Assembly (NCBI RefSeq): GCF_009914755.1
Contig: NC_060933.1
Direction: 5' to 3' (one strand)
Length of the DNA: 64,000 nucleotides
Source: the human T2T-CHM13v2.0 reference genome, Homo sapiens
The translations under genes were made by a program, and so were the position numbers. The first letter of the stretch is position 1. Every line of letters starts with the position of its first letter. Below are positions 51,769 to 64,000 of the stretch, piece by piece. Below the pieces are notes generated by a model that ran no database searches, was not told the DNA's origin, and saw only the letters and a list, made by a program, of their open reading frames with translations.

Positions 51769-51982
51769 AGTGATTCAAAACAGGCAGTGATTTTGCCCTG
51801 CAGGAGATCAATGACAATATCTAGAAAAATGTGGAGTTATCACAACTGAGAAGATGCTACAAACATCCCACAGGTAGAGGTCAGGAATGCTGTTAAACAT
51901 CCTGCAATATACAGGACAGCCCACAAGGCAAAGAACTATCCTGTCCAAAATGCCCATAATGCTGAGATTGAGAAATGTTGCC
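51769..51982 (+). mobile_element. MER20 (hAT-Charlie)
   Basis: GTGATTTTGCCC, GGTAGAGGTCAGGAATGCTGTTAAACATCCTGCAATATACAGGACAGCCC and CCAAAATGCCCATAATGCTGAGATTGAGAAA. Confidence 0.9.
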
Positions 51983-52645
51983 CTAGGACTATATGAAGGT
52001 TTTCCGAATAGAATCACTTTAGGATCCTCAGTTTTTTTGTGTATTCTCTGAGAAAGCTGCTTCCTCTTTTCTGCCTCCCCCTTTACAATAATCTCATTTC
52101 CACTCCACAAAGAAAGATTGAACTCTCTCACTCATTTCAAATATTATTATGTGCATGGTTCCCAACACGGAAAACTTCCATTGCAGTAAAAAACAGACAA
52201 TTTGAAATATTGATTTTGATGCTGAGAAAATGATCGATTTTAATGAATGAGCAAAATCGTCTTTTGCAAGTCAGGTAGTTTCCTTTACTTTCAATGAAAT
52301 TGAAGGAAGATGTATTCAAATTATCAGTTATTGGTCATTAAAATAGTTTTTGATAATAGAATGCTATGTGATTTGAGGCATATATCTCAGAATGAGTTTA
52401 AAGAAGTGAGTTCAATTGCTATGGCAAAATTAGTTCCACTTTCCTCTGCATATTTTTGTGAATAAGTTTTTCAACACTTGTATTCCTAAAAACAAAAATA
52501 TAAATAGAATCGATGTGAAACCCCATTACATCCTAGTAGTAAATAATAGTCAAGCAAAAGTACCAGAATTAAGTGAAAGAAAAAAACCTCGCTCTGGTCC
52601 ATTAACAGATAATTTTTCTTTTAATATTTATTCTTATATTTAGTA

Positions 52646-52721
52646 TTAGGTTGATGGAAAAGTTATTGCAGTTTTTGCCATTACGTCAGCAAAAACCGCA
52701 ATAACTTTTGCACCAACCTAA
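52646..52721. mobile_element. MADE1 (Hsmar1-derived MITE)
   Basis: TTAGGTTGATGGAAAAGTTATTGC...GCAATAACTTTTGCACCAACCTAA with TA on both sides. Confidence 0.95.
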
Positions 52722-53561
52722 TAAATATAACATTTGTAACATATTTGTGTGATTTTTATCAATTGTGTTCTAGTGATAATGATAATAATTCAATCTAGAA
52801 GGAATTTTAACTCAGAACCTGTGTTCACAGAGAAAAAAATGGTTAAGTCTAAAATATATACTTACTTTTTTTTGGAGAGTGGTATAACCTAGTAACTAAT
52901 AAAAGACTTTCAAACATGAGAATTTAGACATTAGAATAAAATCATGTGCAGGAAGTGAAAGTATGAATTCAAGGAGAAAGTAGATATTGTAAAATTTCTG
53001 TAAAAGAGTTTATACATTTTCTTTTCAAATGTATGATATGCTATTAAAACATTTTGAGATTTAGATTCCATTGGTATATTTAAATGAAACTCATTAGTTC
53101 TATTTTAATATATAAAATCTAAAATGCTTCAAAAATTACATCCTTTGCAGTGTTATTGTATATACTATGTAATCTACTTTTACAATAGTTCTGAAATGAA
53201 AAAGAATGCCGTAGGATCCACAATTTCTATTCCACAGTGTTCAGCCATGGTTTTTCAGGTCCGTATTAACATGGTATCCTTATTGCTTAGAAACTGCATT
53301 AGTCAAGTACTTGGGCAACAACTATTGCAAACTCTTTGAAGAACCCAGAATGATAATTCATTCTTCGTTAACTTTTCTTAGATGACCACGCACAATCATA
53401 TCTGAGAAGCTTTGGACAACAGCTACTGCTTATTTCACTCAAGTTTTTGAAAGTGCTAGTTTTCTAAAGAAATTGTGAATAACTACCAACCTCAGAATCA
53501 GCAACCCTGAAATCCAAACAGTATCCTCCTCAAAGAGACACTTCAGTACATTCCACTAGAC

Positions 53562-53768
53562 CACATATCTGCAAACTTTTATGTAAAGCCCCAAATAGTA
53601 AATATTTTAGACTTTGTGGCCCATGTGGTCTCTGTTGTTCTGACATTGTAGCATAAAATGTCAGAGTAGCACAAATATAGCCACAGTCAATGTGTAAATG
53701 AAAAATCATGGCAATGTTCCAATAAAACTTTATTTACAAAAACAGGTGGCAGGCTGTTGCTGACCGCC
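53562..53768 (+). mobile_element. MER58A (hAT-Charlie)
   Basis: ATAGTAAATATTTTAGACTTTGTGG and TGTTCCAATAAAACTTTATTTACAAAAACAGGTGGCAGGC. Confidence 0.88.
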
Positions 53769-54409
53769 AACACTTGACCGTCAAGTCCCTAAAGACAGGA
53801 TATATGTCTTATTGAACTTAGTATTCCCATCACCTAGCACAAAACCTGAAACTCAGTAAATGTTGAATAAGTGAGTAGAAGTATTTAAGCCTTAAGAGGA
53901 TAACAGTATACTTAAAATATGCTAAATGATATTTATATAATATATATTTAATAATATATATAATTATATATACGTAAAATGAATGATAGAGGAGAATAAG
54001 ACAATTGTAAACCTCATCGAACTTAGATATTGGCCAAGGAGCCCTATTTCTAGAAGTACTAGGCAGCTTGACCACAGTTACTAGAATGAAGCTATAGTAT
54101 TGAATTATTTCAATATAATTTTGTATATAATTCAATACAGTTATTTCAATATACCATTGACTAATAATTATGCAACATAATATTGAATAATTAATTAACC
54201 CTCGAGTATAACTTCTGAACCCCTTGAGGTCAGACAGCTTTGAATCCTCAACTTCAACTCTATATCTTCTCCATAGTAGGTCATTGAAAATTCAAATTAA
54301 TTATGAATGAGGAAAGGTAAATCAAAACCTGGCCAATTAATAAATCAACAAACATCTGGTGTATCTAGTGTGCTGTAAGCATTACATAGTTGTTGAAAAA
54401 GATCCAATG

Positions 54410-54663
54410 AAGAAAATGTATTTATTCAACAAACTAACACCATTATAGCACTTACGTGTCATGTTTGCATCTAATTTCTAACAAATATTAACTCAGTTAA
54501 TCCTCACAGCAAATTTCTGATTAAGCAGTGTTTATTATTAGGTCCATTTGATAGAAGAAGAGGCTAAGGTACAGGAAGGTTAAGTAACTTGTCCAAAGTC
54601 ACACATCTAGTAAATGGCAAAACTGGAATTCAGACCCAGGCACTCTATCTCCTGAGTCTGTGC
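54410..54663 (-). mobile_element. MIR, interrupted at 54663 by a templated insertion
   Basis: GAGGCTAAGGTACAGGAAGGTTAAGTAACTTGTCCAAAGTCACACATCTAGTAAATGGCA..GGAATTCAGACCCAGGCA. Confidence 0.88.
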
Positions 54664-54921
54664 GATGTTTCCTCACATACCATCTCACTGAATATTATTA
54701 TACCCATTGTGTTTTTTACATAGCTGTGGAAGGTTGATTTGTTCTTTCAGGAGAGTGTTTTATGAAGGAGCTCACCCCTTTTTCAATGGGAGCTAATTAA
54801 TATTTTATTTTCTCAAACTTTACACATAACTTTTGAAGATTCTTCCAAGAATCTAAAATAGCTGAGTCTTTCCTTTCCCTCCCATGAAAAAATATGCTTT
54901 CTATTAGAAAATCTCAAAATT
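54661..54921 (+). repeat. 261-bp dispersed direct duplication, copy 1 (derived)
   Basis: Gap-free match to 56157-56417 (offset 1496); 8 substitutions counted by eye. Confidence 0.97.
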
Positions 54922-55369
54922 CTCAAAACCCACCATTCCAAAATGCTGTCACTTTTCTTGCAAAGTGAACCTATAATGTTTCAAAATAACAGATGCAAAT
55001 TGTTAAGTAAGAGTACAACACACTATGGCATTCCCAAATGACATCTGTAACCAGTAAAAGCTGGATGAGTTAAAAAGATCAATATCCCAGTGACTAGGAA
55101 GAACTCTGTGAGAAGTCACTTGAGCCAAGCTTTCAAATTGTGTAGAATTTTATTGCCAAAGAATCACAGAGAAACTTTTCAGGTGAAAGGACAGAGGAAA
55201 CAAAATCTTGGCAGCAAAAATCATGTGTGTGCACCACCGCAAATGAAAGAAACAAAGCATAAGAGAGAGAACTAACATTGACTCTACTCTATGTGTCAGA
55301 CTGTGTTTGGTCCTTGACCTCCTAGGGAGGCTAGTTACAATCCCAGGCATGGAAGTAAAGCAGTCCAGG

Positions 55370-55550
55370 TACCAGTGCCACCTCTACTGCTTACGGTGCT
55401 ACTTAATTTCTCTAAGCCTCAATTTTTTTGTAAAGTGAAGATAGATAATACCATCATCGTAGGCTCATTGTAAGAGTTAAATCAAATTAGATAACATCAT
55501 AACATGCTTAGCATTGCACCTGATATTTAGCCCTCATTAAGTGGCTTAAC
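55370..55550 (+). mobile_element. MIR
   Basis: ACTTAATTTCTCTAAGCCTCAATTT..TGTAAAGTG..GATAATA..TTGTAAGAGTTAAAT. Confidence 0.7.
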
Positions 55551-56156
55551 ATTGTTCTTGAATTTTTATTGTCACACACAAAAAAGTGAAGTATTGTTAT
55601 CTCTACATTGCAAATGAGAAAGCTGAGGCTCAGACAGTCTTAGACTAACATCTATAATATATGTATAATTACCCCAGTACAATAGGCCTCCAAGAGAGTT
55701 CTCACTGGGAAGCAGAGATTTGGTTATTAGAAGAAAGAATTGAGAGATGCTGAAATGTCAAAATAGGAGTTTTGTTGTACTGAGATAAATTGAAAATGTT
55801 AGGGGCCTAGCGTTTGAACTTTTGAAAAAAAGGAAATCTGTGACTGTTCCTGTGTTTAAAACTTGCCTCTTAATGATTTAGGGGTCACTGAATAAAAAGA
55901 GGAGTCAAGCATGAAGCAGAGAAGCAGTCTGGGGACTTGGTTTGGCATTCAGTGACAGCAATGTCAACTTAACTGACATATCAGTTACCTCCCTAAAACC
56001 TGTCTCATAGTAAGTGTCCTTCCTCCCACCTAACAGTTCCCAACATACCTGGTGCACTTGATTTGAGTCTGGTGTTTTTTCCTTATATTTATTTATATTT
56101 GTTTAGCACAATCTGGTTGAAAAAATTTATAGACACAACATTTACCAAATATAAAT

Positions 56157-56417
56157 TGCAATGTTTCCTCACATACCATCTCACTGAATATTATTATACC
56201 CATTGTGTTTTTTACATAGCTGTGGAAGGTTGATTTGTTCTTTCAGGGGAGTGTTTTATGAAGGAGCTCACCCCTTTTTCAATGGGAGCTAATTAATATT
56301 TTATTTTCTCATACTTTACACATAACTTTTCAAGATTCTTCCAAGAATCTAAAATAGCTGAGTCTTTCCTCTCCCTCCCACTAAAAAATATGCTTTCTAT
56401 TAGAAAAACTCAAAATT
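56157..56417 (+). repeat. 261-bp dispersed direct duplication, copy 2 (putative donor)
   Basis: Matches 54661-54921; embedded in unique-looking sequence. Confidence 0.97.
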
Positions 56418-57109
56418 TCATCTGAGTCTACTTTCAAATACACACCTGCAAAATGCATGTGTCATCTTTTAAAAAAACTGAAATTCTCTCATCATTTTTT
56501 TCTTAAAATGAATCAATGTTTTTCTTCATAATTTCATTTTTAAGATTCCCTTTATTCCCATGATTCCAATGTTGTTTTCTGCTGTAACGAAAGGTACTGA
56601 CATCAGGAGATCTAAATTGTGAAACTTATGTAACTTGCACTATACTCGGTCCAACATCTTGTGGTCTAATTAAATACAAGCCAAGTCAGTTGGCAGAAAG
56701 GTACGGCGTGGTGGTGTGGATATTAGCACCTTGTTAGCAGTCAAAAACCTGCTTTCTCAGGCAGAACCTATTTCTGAATACAAAGTTTTATATAGATTAA
56801 TGCTGTAATGTTTGAAAGGCATTTGATAAACAAACTTATATTTGAATCTGGAAATAGAAATATTTTCTTACCAGACATTTTAATCTAATTTTATTTTTTT
56901 AAAAAGGGTAGCCCCATACTCTATTGGGCATTACCCGAAAACCATTGTTTTACCTTTTAGTGTTTAATTTCTAGAAATAGAAAAAATTATACTTAAAATG
57001 TCACTATGAGAGAAATGATCTTGGAAAAAATATTATAAATGTGTAATATAAATAAAAATAAGTTATAAGGTTCACATTCCCTGGCATTAGTCTAAATCTT
57101 CTTCATCAT

Positions 57110-57335
57110 AGGTAATTCTTGTTGAACACTCACTATGTGAAAGGCACTGTGCTAAATACTTCATGTGAATTACCTCAGTTAATCATCAGAATAAACCCTT
57201 GAGATTAGCAGTATTTTTATCCCCATGTCACAGGTGAAGAAAATGAAGCACAGAGAGGTTAAGTCATTTGTCCAAAGTTACCCAGATAGTATTTGAAGGA
57301 ACTGAGATTTTAATTCAGATTTTTAACAGCTCTGC
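57110..57335 (-). mobile_element. MIR
   Basis: GGCACTGTGCTAAATACTTCATGTGAATTACCTCA..GCACAGAGAGGTTAAGTCATTTGTCCAAAGTTAC. Confidence 0.85.
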
Positions 57336-60300
57336 CCTCCCCATTACAGACCTATGGCTACAAGATGCTTCAAGCTGACCTCCTCCTCTGGGTCTATCTC
57401 ATTTGTCTCAGAGGTCTTTTCTGGGGTACACCTCCCTTACTCTAGTCAAGCCAACGCTAAGTGAGTGGTCTAGGGAAATGCACTAATTTATCTTCTTCTT
57501 TAAGTCATGCATAAGATGAAAGCTTCCCTCCGTGGCACCGTTAATTGAACATGTGAAATGAGAGGAAGATCGTTCAAAAACATTGCAAAGCATGTCTTTC
57601 TACCGAATGGGCATTTAAAAAATTGCCACCAATGACCACACACTGCAACTGACCCTAAGACAACCTGAATTAATTTGAGAACATGTGGTTCACACCTAAG
57701 TGCAAGGAGTATCCAACATAGTGGTACTTTGCTATCTCACAAAAGACAGACTGTCTTCTGGGGGTTCAGTGGAAAGACTTCTAGAATTTAAATCAAGAGG
57801 TGTGTTGTTACCCTTAACTATGCAGCCTGCGCAAGTCACCTCTTTGCCCCGCCACGATCCTCATTTCTGAATGAGAATGTGGGCTGTGGTTGTCTCAAGA
57901 GTACTTTCCAGCTTTCAAAGTCCATAAGTTCATGCCCTCCAGTATAAAACTTTTCTTACATTGTTACAAGGATTGGTTTTCGGTTATTTTAGTTTTTGAG
58001 GGAACAGGAGCTTTTATAGACTAGGTAACCTGTCCAAAATCAAACAGATATAAGATGTGCCGCTGGGATGCTACCTTAGAACCATGTAATTCCAAAATCC
58101 TGAACTACAGTGTCCTTTGTGATTTTAAAGTCTAGTAGACCTGTCCCCTAAAATATGCTTTTTCTCCAACTTGTTAGAATTACAGTTAATTTTTACATAG
58201 TCTCATAATCTTACAATACACCAAGAATACAATATTCATTAGAACTATAGTAAGGTAAGGGTCGTGTATATCAAAAGAAGAGTATGGCTGTTCTTGAATG
58301 CTATGATAAAGTATATTTTACAGAGAAATTCAGCCTAGATTTTATTTATACCCCAGTAAATGAGTTTACCGAATCCTTTCCTAAGAACCTATTTTCATAG
58401 GAATATGAGGAAAAAGCTCAAAGGCCTGAAAACTTGAAAGATAGTTCCATCCCCTCTTGATAAAGTCGAGATGGAGCCAGAAAGGTTGTGCTGATTTCAG
58501 ATAAATATCCTACCTACTGCACAATTTTGCTGAGGGCTAGTTGGAGTGTGCACACGCATGCACGCGGGAAGTATTTAGAGAAGTCAGGGTGGGTAGGTTG
58601 TGTGGGAGACAGGGGAATTCAATGAAGGGAGATTCTTTAGCCTTTCCTTCAAGTACATCTTTCTCCTGAGTACATTTACTTCCATCACAATGGACTAGAA
58701 GAGATCCTTGCTTAGTGGTGCAGAACCCTTGAGACCTAATTTAGCTTTTATAGGAAATTCAAAAAGAGAAAGACGGCACAAGAGCAAGAGAACAGAACAA
58801 AGATATGAGTTTGTACAGAGAATATTGATACTTGTGGACTGCTTCTGTAACTCTTTTAAAATAAATTTTCTAAGTAAATGCTGACGTAGACTTTTCTGTT
58901 AGTGGAAGGCTGAGCTCCTCCCGCCAAACAATGCGCTGCCCAAATCATCTTTACAATTCCCGACAGTCTGTCGTCTCCGAAGCTCGGGTTCATTGGTTTT
59001 TATTCTGTGAAGGTCAGGAAGCGTTTTGGAAAAATAAATTTTCCTTTTTAATTTCTTAAATTAAATGTGTCTTCCCAAGGATGCCCAGAAATAGGAAAGT
59101 TACATAAATGCTAATTAAAAACATGCCTGACAAGCTGTGCCCACTAGTCCCGTTGATCATTCTTTAATTCACATTTCACAGCAATTTCTAAGAACATCAC
59201 CACGTCCTTCATTAACTACATATCAATTAAAATACCTCTGAGAGGCAGGTACAATAATGCACTATATATTATCCTTGAAAACTGAAAGGCCCACTTTGCT
59301 AACTGCTACACACAGCACATAGAGACTTAGAGAGAGAAGGAAAAAAAATAAAGCCTGCCCTTAAGGATTTCGCAGACGATGAAGAAAGACATTTTTTCCA
59401 ATGCTGTACAAAAAGAAAAGAAAGAAAAAAAAAATCAGCGGCTTAACCAGACAATCAGTGGGAGGGATAGGACCAGACCTAGACATTCTTATTCTTTCTC
59501 ATGTAATGCAGGCACAAAATCTAAATAGTCATTCGCAAGCAATTTTGCCACACAAATATAAAGTTGTTAATGTAAAGAGCCCATATTATATTTATGGATG
59601 GCTGTAGCAGTGTAGTAGTAAAAGGCAGACTGACTGAAAGAAAAAAACAACTTTGAAAACCTTGAATTCTGAAAATAAGTGTCTTTCTGCCCTACTTATG
59701 TTCTGCATCGGCTAGGATCGTTTACCTACTCCTCTTCATCTGTTTCCTCACCTGTCCAATATGATACCAATGACAGCTACATCATTGAATAGGTGTAAGA
59801 ATTAAATAAGGCAATAAATATCAAATCTACTAGGTTCTTTTTTAATTTTTTTTTGTTTATTAAATTCAGATGATAGTGAGATAAATTACCAGGTTCTTAA
59901 CTGGTTGTATCATTATTTGATACATAGCAATAATATACAATATTTCAACTTTTAAAAGTTGGCTTCAAACAGCTACCTAGAATTTAATATGCCTTTTATA
60001 TTTCTGGGCCTGGCTTTTTTTTTCTGCACATTGTGAACCTGCCTGTGGTTCTGTTGATCTTGCATCTTGCCTGATAATGAGCTAACCATTATCACTAACC
60101 TTAGAGTCTTACATATTCTATAGTCTATTTCCTATCTATTGCTCCACACTATTGCAGGCCTGTTAGACATGAAAATAAATGGTAAAATTCTGTGATTTAA
60201 CAGATTAATTAACCAGATCGAGGTGTTAAATTGAGGCAATCATCTTCATGTGGCTAACCCTGTATTTAGTTTATTAGGCAACCAGATGCCAATTGGCATT

Positions 60301-63254
60301 CCCTATCAGCTAGAAAAATACATAAACATAGCATCTTCCTGGTCTCTAAATCCTGCTGTTAACTAAAACTTCATTGTACCACTGCATTAATCACCAAGCT
60401 TGAGCTGAAACTTTTGTTTTTATTCTGGAAAGATAATTTATTCCAAATAATGTTTCACTTAAGGGTCTAATCGTAAGTCCAAGATGATTCAGATGGTGAA
60501 GTCCAGCTGTAACAACAACAGTATCATCCAGAAAAATAACCACATGTATATTGAATCCCTTGAAAGTTTTCCATAACAGATCTGGGGGTGATAAATCATG
60601 CAAACTCATTCTATAATTAACTAAAGTGTTTCTTTTCCTTCACCATAATCCAAAAGGATTAGCCCATGACATTTAGCTGGATAAATCAGGGGGCCATAAT
60701 TTACTCCGCTGTACAAAATTAAATTCAGATTTTAAAATCTAACAACAAAAAAATCAAACACACCCCAAAGTGAGCCTTTTCTGAAACTTTAAAATAAGTC
60801 TTCACAGTTAATAAAAGTTTGAACAATGAACAATATCTCTATGATAAATAGCACAGCTTTCAATAATATATTTCAGAACTTTTCCGTAGGACTCTCCTGA
60901 AATGTCATGATTATATCATCTGGAAAACTTATTGAGCAAGTGACATGGATAAACTAAGAGAGCCAGGCTTCTACAGTTTACTCCTGATCTCGGATTGTCA
61001 CAGGTTAATTTTTCATCGTTTTATCCCTATCACTGAATACAGTACCTGTCACGAGTGTCTGTTAAATGAAAGCACCAAGAAAATTGAACCATACCTTGTT
61101 TCCTAATCTGTAATAGTATGAAAGTATGGTTAGCCTCTTTAGATGGTTTACTATAAAATTATAAGGACTAGTGAAGCAACATTGCTGCAGTTTTTGACAT
61201 TTTATAAATATGCTCCTTGTGTATTTTATCCTATACTAATTTCTGCTCTTGTCTGCAACAGGCCTTGGTTCTGTTCTTATTTGGCTTTTGTTTTCTGTTG
61301 TCACACCACTGATACATTCAATGAAAATGTATTGAGCAGTCACTTAAGACCTTTCTGCAACAAAGCAGAAGATGGATGGATTGATAGAAAGATAACTTTC
61401 TCTAGAAAACATTTATAATTACTGAATTTTAGCAGTAAACTTAGTAAAATTACTGTATTTTAGCATGCCTTCAATTTGTTTTACATTTTCAGCCCTCTAA
61501 AAAATTGGCTGTCTTTGGAGAATTGCATTGTGTTGAACTTATTGATTTCCACTGAACATGCTGAAAATGCCCATTATTTGATGCATCATTAATATAATAA
61601 TAGAGATCAAGCATTTTTAGATTCAAAATAACTGACATCAAAATCTTACAAGCATTAGAAAAATAGAAGGTAGAATTCACCTTCTCTCCAGGAACAACTA
61701 ACCAAAATTATTCTATACAGTGATTTTTATTACATTATTGTCTGAGTTACCTGTATGTAGGTCAAATAAAGGCTGAGAAATTGAGTTCACATTATTAACC
61801 CAATAACTGATCACAAACTGGTAATACAGCAGTGGATGGGTGTTTGCTTCAATAAGGGTAAAGCCCAATTCTTTGATTTTGCTAAAATAAATTATTTACA
61901 ATGTAGTGCATTGTCTGTCACTTGCTTCCTTAGAGGATGGTGTTGATATTCAGTTTTTTAAAAATGGCTACCAAAAAGAGGACAACGTAAATCAGAATCT
62001 GTGTAGGTTATTCTTCACAAGGAACAACTTGTAAGCCAAAGTCATTGTTTGGTGCTCCACTGTACCCAGATAATCAACCAAAGAATGGAAAGAAGTGTTT
62101 TGATGAATAGGGGCATCACTGCAAATCACTACTGGTCTAAAAAAAGAAGCAGAATGTAAAATGCATGTGAGCACCTCTTTTCTTACTTCTAGTTCTACCT
62201 AATTCTTATTAACCTAGCACATCACACTGATTTATAGGATAGGGATGGTGCCACTTGAGTTTAGGTGCATAACAAGCAGTAAACATTTGGTAGATATTTC
62301 TTGAGGTTTGACTCTGGTTGTTATCTGTTGATTCTCTCAAATTCCTCCTCTTTTAATTTAAAAATTAAAATTTAAATGCAGTCTTTTAATTTGCTATAGT
62401 CTTATGTTTTTCCCTTACATTTTCTTACAAGTCTGTTTGTTTTCTGTCATTTCTCAGTTTTTCCATTATCTCATAGTTCTCTCCCTTAAGATTGATGCAT
62501 TTTCTGTCTTCTTTTGTTATCCTTTCATCTTTTCGTCTTGTTTCCCTCTTTTTCATTGATTTTATCTCAGTAGTCTTCTAATTTTTTTTCCATTTATTTT
62601 CAAAGCATTTGCTTGGCCTGCATCTTCCTCTTCCTCTCTTCAATCTGCCCATTTTCATGCTTTCCTTTAAATAGCTCCACCTTTAGCAAAACTTTATCAC
62701 AACTGCCACTGGATTCAGAAAAAAAGATTGCAAAATCTTATTCTTGTACCTTCATTAACTGGGAGAGATGCAAAGTATAAATCTGTATTTACAAGCCATG
62801 GATCTGATTTAAAAGTATGATTGTCCCATATCTGTGTTATTGTACATATATGAACAATTCACAACTAAAGGACTCAAGCCAGAGCTTTCAAAATAAACTC
62901 GTTGGCCTGATTGCCAGTGCCCTATAATCAGAACATTAAAAGGAAAAAAATCACCTGTGATGCTTTTTCCAAACTAGCTTTAACTAAACTCTTTGTCTAG
63001 AAGACGGTTAATCCAAACACTTTTTAAACTTGATTCTTTTAATAAGGATAAGTAATCTTTTGTTTCCTGTTGAATCTTCCTTCTTGAATTAATATTAAGT
63101 ATGGCCTGACTTTTGATGAACTGATATATGCACCTAAGGCTGTTTGGGTTCATAGTCAGTCTTTAATTCCTGAGCTGTGAAATGCTCTTGAGAATGAGTC
63201 AATGGCACACCACTCCAGAGTTTGAAATTTGCAACATGAAAATTATTGCCATGA

Positions 63255-63620
63255 CTTTATTCACTGAATCAACGACACCTTTTTTTTTTTTTTTTTTTTT
63301 ACCAAATAGTATGTACCAAAACCTGTGCTAATTTGGAGGGAATAAAGAGGAATAAGGTAAATATCTCATCATCTACAGAAAGCTGGAGACATGACCAACC
63401 AGTAATTCCAGTATAGTGGGATATGCCAGGGTGGGGTTTTATGTGAGGTGCTAGGAGGTCACAGGAGAGGAGACTTAGTTTGTCCTGGATGGCAAGTGAA
63501 GAGAAGACTGTGGAAAGGCTTGAAGAAAAGTGGGGTTCCAGAGGAAGGAACAGTTAAGGTCAGTCAAAGCAAGAGCAATATCCAAAAAGTGATTCATTTT
63601 TTACTAGATGCTATGGATAA
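63255..63620 (-). mobile_element. L2 fragment containing a poly-T run (63279-63300)
   Basis: TATGTACCAAAACCTGTGCTA and GGTGCTAGGAGGTCACAGGAGAGG resemble antisense L2. Confidence 0.55.
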
Positions 63621-64000
63621 TGAAATTGGGTAAAAACTTGCCTTGAGTGATTGATACTACAGCAGAGTCATTATAATCTCTTACATACTAAATCTTAAGA
63701 GATCTTGAAGGAAATTCAAAGGTCTTGACTTCTGCTGAAAAGCTAATTACCTTTATTTTTTGCTGACCTTTTCATTTCCTTTCTACAAGATGAGCTGTTG
63801 ATTTAAATGCATGCATAAAAGATTCCACTAATTTATAGAAGAATGTAATGTTTAAATACCTATCCTATTGTTTGTTCAAAATATGCCTGTGGTATCTTCT
63901 CTATTTGCATAATGTAAATACTTTTTTTTAACCACTATTGATTCTTTCCTTGTCGGGTAATCAAAGCTTAGATCAACCATTGTAATTCAAATATGAAAAG

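Noticed and set aside
40500-64000. Second coding exon of the CpG-island gene
   Set aside because: No ORF with convincing splice sites and protein-like composition was found by eye; a small exon cannot be excluded.

Overview
This is primate (almost certainly human) genomic DNA, not prokaryotic, and I see no CRISPR array, operon or intact novel protein system. Bases 1-33.5 kb are a repeat-dense intergenic block: a decayed MER57-like ERV1 with nested L1 and MER44 insertions, a twin-primed L1PA, a full-length THE1 provirus inside an AluJ tail, solo MaLR/ERVL LTRs, Alus, L1/L2/MIR and DNA-transposon relics. About 36.1-40.5 kb is a CpG island with a plus-strand GC-box/CCAAT/TATA promoter and a ~650-nt first exon carrying five upstream AUGs. 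The exon ends ACC ATG CGA G|GTAAGC. I could not name the gene. The rest of the window is an AT-rich first intron with no recognisable second coding exon. The most notable observations are a 261-bp templated insertion that splits a MIR, an ASR/snaR-lineage-like retrocopy, a DUX4-motif and splice-donor-bearing sense THE1 LTR upstream of the gene, the uORF-laden leader, a symmetric-variant MADE1 hairpin, and candidate antisense lncRNA exons. Repeat subfamily names come from recalled consensus sequences and need RepeatMasker/Dfam confirmation.
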